A stretch of 62,140 nucleotides of DNA, taken from the IMG/VR virus record IMGVR_UViG_3300031851_000023, positions 1 through 62,140 of that record; one strand, 5' to 3'. The notes beneath the pieces are model-generated. The model saw only the letters and a list, made by a program, of their open reading frames with translations, ran no database searches and had not been told where the DNA came from. The translations under genes were made by a program, and so were the position numbers. The DNA comes from a virus (Duplodnaviria; Caudoviricetes). This document shows positions 18,586-28,800 of the stretch, piece by piece (position 1 is the first letter of the stretch; every line of letters begins with the position of its first letter).

Positions 18586-19163
18586 GGTGCTATCTCCATT
18601 ACGTATCCGGCAGATACAGTGTTTTCGTAGGCGTTTTGTCCACCTCTACTGTCAGTTCTATTTAACCAATATGTATAATTGGCGTTATTTGAAGATCTAT
18701 TGCCAACACGATATACAATCTCATTACCTACTGGAAAAGTTGCATTGGATGGTGCTTCATCATACCAAACAATACTATTATTATATTGAGTGCTATTGTT
18801 GTCTCTATCATACCAACCGTGAGATACCCCACTCCAACGCTGTGCTCCTGCATCAGTATTATATCCAATGAGTGAACTACCTCTGTATACAGTAAACATA
18901 TGGTCGTGTCCAGTGGCTTCTCCATTTACCATCCAAACACATTGGAATGAAGATCCAGGAACTGTCCTTCTGATAGTAATATCTAATGCACTTAATATAT
19001 TCCAATTATTATTATTTGCCGCAACAGATAAACGTCGGTCTTCTTCTACATAAGCAAAATTAACAACAGATCCAGGAAGAACTAATCCTCCGGCAATTGA
19101 AGAATCACCAAAAGAAATAGCTCCGTTATCAGATTCGATAGTATCTACAATAATTTCCGACAT
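18582..19163 (-). CDS. Putative fibre-tip protein, paralog 2
   Basis: MSEIIVDTIE start; RWSG..HGWYDR, WLNR, QNAYE, MEI. Confidence 0.7.
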   Translation of the reverse strand: MSEIIVDTIESDNGAISFGDSSIAGGLVLPGSVVNFAYVEEDRRLSVAANNNNWNILSALDITIRRTVPGSSFQCVWMVNGEATGHDHMFTVYRGSSLIGYNTDAGAQRWSGVSHGWYDRDNNSTQYNNSIVWYDEAPSNATFPVGNEIVYRVGNRSSNNANYTYWLNRTDSRGGQNAYENTVSAGYVMEIAP

Positions 19164-19167
19164 TTTA

Positions 19168-19773
19168 TTATTCCTCTATTTCGTAAATAATCATACTGGA
19201 AACACCACACTCATATGAGTTTTGTCCATTACTGCTACCACACCTGTTGATGTAGTTTGTGCTTTGGTTTGTATTACCCTCTCGACTAACAATCCTGTAA
19301 GTATTATTATTTGTATTTCCAGGTTTGTAAAATACCATAATAAACACATCACCCGGTGTTGAGCTATTGTTATTTGCTCCATCGTATGGACCACAAGTAA
19401 TTCCACTCCAACGTTGGTTTCCAGCATCATCATTATATGAATCATATGCCGCAGTGGTTATGTGAGATCCATTTACAGTATATCGAAATACTGTATTGTG
19501 GTATACATCTCCAAGAATTCTTGCTTCGATAACTACTTTAGAACTAGCAAATTTACATTGTAAATCTACTTGCATTCCAGGAACGTTTGTCGTGACAGAT
19601 CCAGTATTACTAGTAGCATTTTGCCAAGACGTTCTGGTTTTATATGTAACATGCTTCATTTGCACAATTCTGCCGGGATATGAAATACTGCCACTATCAG
19701 CAATAGTCAATCCCCCGACAAAATTAATAGCACCTGAAGGAGATTCTATCTCCCGTACAATAATTTTACTCAT
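19168..19773 (-). CDS. Putative fibre-tip protein, paralog 1
   Basis: MSKIIVREIE start; RWSG..CGPYD, YINR, QNSYE, YEI; late promoter GATAAATA at 19798-19805. Confidence 0.7.
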   Translation of the reverse strand: MSKIIVREIESPSGAINFVGGLTIADSGSISYPGRIVQMKHVTYKTRTSWQNATSNTGSVTTNVPGMQVDLQCKFASSKVVIEARILGDVYHNTVFRYTVNGSHITTAAYDSYNDDAGNQRWSGITCGPYDGANNNSSTPGDVFIMVFYKPGNTNNNTYRIVSREGNTNQSTNYINRCGSSNGQNSYECGVSSMIIYEIEE

Positions 19774-19803
19774 TGTAAAAATGACTCTTTATCATATTAT
19801 TTA

Positions 19804-22800
19804 TCATACTACAGACCACGCTCCGCCATTTACAATCGTGACAGTATTACCAGACGCAATTTCAATTGGACCAGCAGACATACAACGATCAGATGCTGTA
19901 ATTGTTATATTGTCAGTTATAGTAGATCTGTTTCTTTTGATGATTCCGTATTTGTCGATATACTGTTTATCTCCATTAATTTTTAATCCATTGGAAATTT
20001 GACCACTACTGAAGGTACCACTCTGAATATTCATAGAAGATCCAGAAACGTCAATTCTATTAGTGGCAGCTGTGCCAATTCGGAATGTTCCGTCAATTTC
20101 ACTGTTTCCAGTAGCTTTAAAAGTGCCGGAAACTTGTAAAGTGTATGTTGGATCTGCTACATTAATTCCAACCTTAGATAGTCTGTAGATGTCATTACCG
20201 TTACTGGCTTCAGTCCAACGCGAAGTAACAAACTCAGCATTATTCTGGAAGAGTTGACCATTAAAATTAACATCTCCTTGAATGTTGAGTTGATAATTTC
20301 TATTGGTTCCACTTTCTGGATCAGTTCCACTAGTTGCTGTGGTATTAATACCAACTCTATTTGAATCACCAGCAACAGTAATTGCTGGAGTTCCATTCCA
20401 AGTTGTTCCGCCATTATTGGTGGATGCTTGAATAGTAAACAAGTGGTTGCCAACTAGTTGGTTGCCAATTCTAAAGTTTCTATACGAAGAAGATCCACGG
20501 AAGACTAGAGGAGCACCAGAGTTATCATTATCAGTGTCGATAGTAACGCCTGTTTGGAACATCGCGTTACCATTAACTTCCAGAGTGTAATCTGGTTCAC
20601 GGTTGATGCCAACACCCATTTTTCTGGATGCGATAACATCACCAACAACACGGAAGTACAGTTCTGTCTCTGTGCCTTCCATAGTGAATCCTTCACCATA
20701 CTCAGATGCTGGTGATTGACTATCAGAATGATTGTATCTCAGTGTGCCAACTTGAGATTGGTTGGATGAAACATCACAGAATCTAATTTTTGCTCCAACA
20801 GCATTTGTAATAGAGCGAACAAAGATACCACCATCGCCACGAACATCTAAAGTAGATAATGGGTTGGTTCCGGCATTAATACCAACTTCATTTGATCCAG
20901 CATCAACAAACAGAGTGCCAGAATCAACATTTAAGTCGTCCGACATTGAGACGACACCTGTGAATAATGATGTTCCTGAGATGCTTAGATCAGAATTAGC
21001 GCCCGTTAGAGTTAACGGACCAGTCATGGTATCGCCTGCTTTGAGAACGTTAAGCGAAGCAGCACCAGTTAGAGCAGCAGTGATTGTTCCAGCACTAAAG
21101 TCTCCATTGGTGTCTCTAGCAACAGCTGATGTTAACGCAGCAGTTGAAACAATATTTGATGAATTGAATGCGGTATTACCAGCATTCCAAACAGTCTGAC
21201 TATTGATGCTTAAAGAATTTTCATCCCCAACTACAATATTTAATTGTCCAGATCCATCAGTTGCGTTACCACCAGATGCTTCAATTTTTGAATTGTAACT
21301 TGCCGTTAGCGTAGAAGAATTAAATAAAACTGCCGGAGCACTACTAATCCCATCAGATCTTCCTAATTTTAACTGAGCATTACCAGAATTACTTTCTAGT
21401 GTTGCTGCGACAAAATTATTTCCATCTTCAATACTAAAATCTTGGAAAAATACAGATTCATTTGCATCACCAATTTTTATAGCACCAACAAAATTACCGG
21501 TAGTAAGTCTACCAATCAATATGGTGTAATCATTGAAATTATCTCCAACATCATCATTGATAATTCTATCATCAATTTCAATAACACCAGTTGCCTGGTC
21601 ATTTGAATTGTATAGGTTAACAGCGTCTGCTCCTGGGGAATATTTTGCGTCTGTTAAAGTTTGACCAGAAACATAAATTCTATATCTTGGATCTCCAGAA
21701 TAACTCTTGATTTCAATTTGATCTCTGAAGGAAGATGCACTCTTGTAAGTTGGTAGACGGTTATCTGAAATTGTACCAGAGTTGATATTAAGAGCATTTT
21801 GATACCAAGATCCTTGCTTATTATCAAGTCTGTCAGCGTCAAGACCAGTGCCAACACCATCATTACCAGATGTCCAAACTTTTGCCCAAGTACCAAATGT
21901 ACTAACACCAGATCCAGAACCACGAAGATACATGTTATCATTATCAGTAAATGCTAATTGCTTAACACCACCATCAACTGTAAATCCTTGTCCGCCTGGT
22001 CTGAAAGTTACAATTTGTGTTTTTGATCCACCGTCATTGAGTGCTGCAGCACTATTAAATATAGTGTTGGAGACAATACCAGTAACAAATGTGTTTGGTG
22101 CTGGAGATGACACTGGGTTGTTAGTACCACTGATAACACGAATTGTATTTTGTGATTGACCAGAGATGTCAATATTGTAATTTCCTGCCAATCTATCTGA
22201 TAGTAGAGTGCCAGCATTAAGATTGCCAGCATTTAGATAGTAAGCACCTTGAGCACCATCTAACAAGTCAGCGTCTAGACCGCTATCTGGACCGGTCTTA
22301 AGTTCAACCGAACCATTACCTCCTTGTCCAATATTAAATTGACTTTTCTTATATCTAGAAACTCCAATTGTTCCATATAGATCAGCAGAAATTGTTAGAT
22401 CAGAAACTCTCGCAATATCAAGTGATATATTTGCGTATTGTCTGTTGATAGTACTTACTTTACAATCAAGAACTAAACCAGATCCAGAACCAATTTCAGT
22501 TGGTGGGACCGTAATGCTAAAGTCAGCATTAAAGTTAACACCACCATCTGTTACCACAACTGAAGTAACTTCGTTATTTACAACAGTAATGTTTGCTGCC
22601 AATCCAGTTCCAGATCCACCAAATAATGGAACATCAAAGAATTGTCCATTGCTAAATCCTGACCCTGGCGCTGCGATAATAATAGATTCAACAAATTGAC
22701 CTTGTGTGTATGTTGATTCAAATGTAATTGGAGACTCACCCCTTAGAAACTCAATAATAGTTCCTGCGGGAATAATATCAGTAACTGGATTATCAATAGC

Positions 22801-25800
22801 AACTGTTGTCAATCCACCAGTTGTAATAACACCCGTAATATTAGTATTTGCGGGGATGCCAAGAATATTGTCAACTACTTCATGACCAATTAAAGTATTT
22901 GAATTGGTTGTAAATATAAGCGAATTTGTTCCAACACTAGCTTGAGAATATAGACTAGCAAAATATCTATTTTCTGCACCTTTTAATGACTGAACTGTTA
23001 AAGCATATGACTGATCACCACGTAAGAAGGTGAAAGAGTTTGCTGCGTTTGCACCTAGTAAAGATGTTGAGATAAGTTCATTTGGACCACTGGAGACCAA
23101 AGTGTTAACACTAACTGCTTCACTGCTTAGTGATACCCAGTTGGCGATATCAAATGAAGACGTATTAACAGTTCTTGTAAGGTTAACTGTATTTGTAGAT
23201 GGAGATGTGCTATCTTGAATAGTATCAGTATCTTCAATTTTGATTCTATTAACAATATCTCCGTATAATCTACTCTCCAATAGAGCACTACCCTGTGCTT
23301 GTATTCCTCCACCAGGAGGTGCATCAAATGTGATTGTTGGTTGTGTAGTATAACCTTTACCACCCAATAGTCCATTGAATAATGTAATAGTTACAGTAAC
23401 AACTTCGCCATTTGCTATAGTGCAATCAGCTTCAGCAGCAATAGCACCAGCAGATGGATTACCACCTGATATTACTATATTTGGTGCTGTTACATATCCA
23501 GAACCGCTATTTGTAATATTGATTCTGTAAATTACACCTTCTCTATATTCCGTTGATTGTAGTCTTCCATTAGAAACGCTACCAGTAAATACATCTCCAA
23601 TAGTAAAACTTAATGCTGGATCTGGATTAAATCCTAGGAATAAAGTATCGTTATCTTCATTCAAAATGAATGATGTGGATGTGTCTTGCTGAATCGCAAT
23701 ATCACCGGCAAGTGCTCCTTCGATAGATGTTCTTCCAGCAACATCTGGTACTGTGTAAACACTGAATGGACGCAAAGCAGGAATCTGATCAATAGAAATT
23801 TTTCCACTATCAGTAAGTTCTACTAGAGCTCTGGGGACAGCATTAGTAGAGTATGGTTTGTTGATATAAGGTCCGAGATTATTGGTAATAAAATCTTTAA
23901 CTGCTTTTTGAGTTGGGATCTTACTATCAGAAGCACTAGCACCACCAAGTGTGTTGGATGCGTCAAAACCGGTGACAACAACGTCACCACCTTTCAGTTT
24001 TAGGAACTCGACTTCTGAAATTGTAACTGTACCGGTAAAGGTAATATTACCAGTTCTGTTTTCAATCTTAGCAAACGTGCCAACTTTAAAGTCACCAAGT
24101 TCGTCAGTACCCGAAACATAAACACGACCATAATTTTGAGATACCTGCTCACTAGATTCATCCTTAGTGCCACCATTTTCTGGTAATGCATTATAGTTAG
24201 TGCCCGATCCAGCATATTCCCAAGTGTGAGAAGATGAGTTAACAATAGATGGTCTATGCAATCTAATTGTTTTTCCAGTCAGTACGGAATTTGATACTGC
24301 TTGATTGTTTGAAATATCAATCAAACTCATTGCCTGTCCGGTACCATCATCAATTGTTAATTGACCTCCAGAACCATCAACGGTAACAGCGGCAATACTA
24401 TCGATAAAATATTCAATATCTGGATTTGAATTTTTATATCCATCAATTTTAACAATATAATGCTCAAGTGGTTCTCTTCCTAAACCAGCAACAGTCAGAA
24501 TAGTTCTGCCAGTTGGTGTTGCGGACACATTGGATACCGTTGCGATATCAAACTCATATGCATCCTTTCTAAATCCTATAGCTCTTAACGCATATTGTCC
24601 AAAGTTAGTAGCAGAGTTGGTAATTGAACAATAACCACCAGACTCAGCAATAACACCATCACTACAGAAAATAACAAAGACAGAAACTAACTGGGTGTAA
24701 CCATCGTTAACAACTCTATAACCAGTACCACCAAAAGAAACAATCGTGAATGCCGCAGCAACCATTGATTTACCCTGATTCGGGAATGTTGCCGATCCAT
24801 CTAAGTTTAGACCAGGGAATGGTGAGTTGGGTTGCTTTACTTTATTACCATCAACTTCGGCACCGCCACCACCTAGGAAGGAGATAACAGAAGCGTTCTG
24901 AGTATATGGTGATGCTTCAATAATAGGATAGTCATCGTAGTCAGCACGAACTGCCATCCTATTATTATTTTGATCATAGATAAAACTATCTGGGTATGTT
25001 CTTATTTCTGCAGTATTGAACAGAGTGCCATACGTTTGTGTGGTTGCTCCTGGTAAAACAACACCACCTAAAATATCATCCAACAATTGCATTTCGGTGT
25101 CAATTGTTGAAGAAACATTAGCACACAAAGGATTGCTTGAATATGGTAGAATATCCCAGTCTTCAAATGTTGGAATATTAACAGACGGTACTACCGGATC
25201 AAAGATTAAAATTGTTCCATCAGTAAGAGCACTTACAAATGAATGTGCTCCTGTGTAAGAAGAAGAACCTACATTACATGTAATAGTAGTAAGACCACCG
25301 CCAGTAGAAACATTGGTAATTGCGTGACTTTTCCCACGATTTTTATCTGTTGGTGATGGACTTGCGTGATCTCCACCGCTGTTAAATGCACAGTTAAATG
25401 TTAACGCACCTTGCTTAAATGCAATTCTGTCATTGGTTGTTGGATTGCCAACAGAACCACTAATAGAAACAGTTACCTCACCCGTTGATGCGTTATAAGT
25501 TGCTGTTGTTGGTGTTGATTGAATGATAGTTCCATCAGACCAGTTACGCATTGCTTTCTTAGCAAGTTCAGCAACTTGGGTATACGCATACCTAGTAGAT
25601 GGCAACTGAGAAGCATCAACACCAACTAATACAGATCCACTAAAATATGTTTCGGCATTTGATACAATACCAGCATTTCCACCAAGAACCAAATCCCTAA
25701 CAAGACCACCAAGAATGTAATTGATATCTCTTCTACACTTTCTTTGATGTAGATCAGAAAGACCTAATGTTGGGAAGTTAGTTTCTGTATTAGTAAGTGC

Positions 25801-28800
25801 TTGCTCGGCAATTAAATCTCTGTTTCTAGCAATTAAGTATGCTGCGTCTAGATATGTTCCAGAAGCATCATTTCCGATCACATCAACATAAAGATATGCT
25901 AAAGTATCGATTGCTGATCTTACATCATCACATGCAGGACTACCAGCAGTTGCTGTAATTACCGTGTCGTCAAAATATCTTTCTGACGATGTAAACTCTG
26001 GGACGTATATTGGACTGGATTGTGTTCTGTCACCAGTTCTCCAATTACACATTGCAAAGATTGCTAGTTCGCGAGCATATTCAATCGCACGAACTGTTTG
26101 AATAATTTCATTTTCAATATAAGCAATTTTTGCGCCAACTACATATCTATCTGCTGCTTCAATAATATTATGATTTGATCCAAATTCTAAATCTCGTGTT
26201 AGAGCATTTAAGAAGTGGATAACATCTTGCTTACATTGAACGTCACCATTACTTCCAGAATTTGTTGACGTTGGAGCACTGTATGCTGGATAAATTTTCT
26301 GTCCAGCTTCACATTCAATTAGCAAATCTGCTAGTCTTACAATATCATCATTTGCTAGAGTTAATGGTTGGTCAGTTGTTACTACAGCAACACCAGTATT
26401 TGAAGTGTCGTATACAAAATTAGTAACGTTAGCTACAGCACCAGTAGATGAAGTTACAGTACCGCCACTAACCCAAGTATTTACATGATCTAATGTTCCG
26501 AGATATATGCTGAAAGAACTACCACCAACAGATAGAGAATTTGATTCAGATCTTACAAACGTGTGAACAGACTGTGGTAGATGTTTTACTGCATTGGATG
26601 CTGAACCAGAAAAACTATGTATTGATTGTGGTTCATGTTTGATAGCATTTGCTGATGCACTTATAAAAGTATGAGCAGAAGTGTCGGAAGAAGTTCCAAC
26701 GTTGATTGTAAACGTTCCATCTTGGTGGTCAATGCCATTGGCAAGCGCACTGACGAAGGTGTGAGTACCAGTGTAAGAAGAAGATCCTACATTAATATCA
26801 AATGTGTTGGTAGTTACATTGCTGATTTCTAACCAGCGACCTGATGGGTAATCATATCCAGCACGAGGATATGATTTTTGAGCAACATTACCATCTAGAT
26901 CACAAGTGTATGTTAATGTGCCATCATCAATTTTAACATAATCACCGTTAGTAAATCCATGGTTTGAAACAGTTAGTGTTACTACACCAGTTGCTGCGTC
27001 ATATGGAGCATCAGTTGCTGTATGCTGAGTAGAACCTACAGCAGAAATAGCAATAGACTTACCAGCAAATGGATCTTGTCCAGGACGTGGGTATGTGCTT
27101 TGAAGTACGTTTCCATCTAGAGCACATGTAAACGTAAATGAGTTGTCAGCAAGAACAACGCTACGCCCGACCCCAAGACCATGCTGTCCAACAGTGACTG
27201 TCATATCACCTGTTACTGGATTATAATTAGCACCAGTTGGTGTGAAATACTTATTGGGACCTGAAATGCCAGCATTAATGGTGATAGTATTTTCAGCAAC
27301 TGCTGTGATAGGCATAGACCTACCAGCAAAAGGATCAATACCAGGACGTGGATAAGTCTTAACTGACTGATTTCCATCCATGTCACATGTGAAGGACAAC
27401 GAATTGTCGTCAATAATAATACCTTCACCAACAGATAATGTATGTGGTCCGACTGTTAAAACAAGACTTCCTGTTGCTGGATCATAATTTGCACCAGAGG
27501 GTGTAAACTGCTGATCTGGACCAGAAGCACCAACGTTTACAGTAAATGTGTTTGTATCAGATGCAGTGATAGGTAAAGATCTTCCGCTAGCAAATTGATC
27601 CGTATCAGGTAATGCGTGTTCTGTTTGATTGCCATCCATCGCACATGTAAATGTGATAGACTGATCAGCAATCCTGATACCATTTCCTACAGATAATCCA
27701 TGGTTATTTACTGTGAATACAGTATCTCCTGTAGCAGGATTATAAGTTACATTTGTTGGTGTAAATTGAGCAGTTGCTTGTCCGCCAATATCATATACGG
27801 AATAGTAATCTCTTTTGAATTGATCATTAATTTTTCCTACTACTTCATCGGCAATAAATTCTCTGTTGTTGCGGATGAATGTAACAGCATCTTGATACCT
27901 TCTTTCGACAGGCGTTGCGGTTGCGAATGTGTTTGGTGAGTTGAGGAGCGATAATGTAACACTTCTCGTGAAAGTTTTTGCAACTGCTGTTTGTCCTGGT
28001 TGAATATTATTGTCAACGATAGCAGGAAATTTTTTGGGAATTACAAATCTTCTAGCACGACCATCAGCATCTTCTAGAACTTTATAAATTCTCTGTTTAC
28101 CGTTCAATGCAGATAGATCTGGATTGGAAGTTGGCATTCCAGAGATTACAATTTCCTCACCTTCTTTTAATTCGTGAGTATTGCTTCTACCTACAAGTTC
28201 GCTTGTGTAGAAGACAACACCACCAATATCTTCAGAATTTCCAAATGTTTCAAATTGGAAACCGTTTTGTGTAATAGATGGATCTCCTTGCTTCGAGAAA
28301 TCTAATCTAATAATAGGATACGAAGCTTCAAAATCTTCGTTGACTGATACAACTTCGCCTTCAGCTCTAATTGAAATTAGTGAAGTAGAATTGAAAGTTT
28401 CAATTTGTGGTGTTGCTTGGTTAATATTAACACTAATCGCAGCAGTGCTATTCCATTCAGGAGCTCCTAGTATACCAAAAAATCTAATATCCCAATAAGT
28501 TGGAGTATCAATATCATCTGGTGTAATTGAAGCAATTTGATAATAACCTTGCGTAAAGACAGCATCGTTAGTATCATCCACGAACACATATGTGCCAGCT
28601 GGAATTATAGATGACGGATCTGAAGTAGATCTGAGTTTGTTCTCTCCAGAAGCAGCAGTAATAGTTAATCCACTAATTGCCGCACCAGTTCCAGCAGATG
28701 TGATATAGGAAAATTGTTCGCCTTGAACAAAAGAACCACTTTTTAGTTCTACATCAGCTGATCCAGAAATATATGCGCTAGCGCCAGTTGTTTCCTCAAA

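Noticed and set aside
18007-19773. Diversity-generating retroelement or invertible tail-fibre switch
   Set aside because: The paralogues are similar only at protein level; I saw no adenine-specific TR/VR pair, reverse transcriptase, invertase or inverted crossover sites in the window.
25253-26794. 24-nt near-identical DNA repeat (encoding NVGSSSYT) at about 25253 and 26771
   Set aside because: Explained by the protein repeat unit; no separate DNA-level function is supported.
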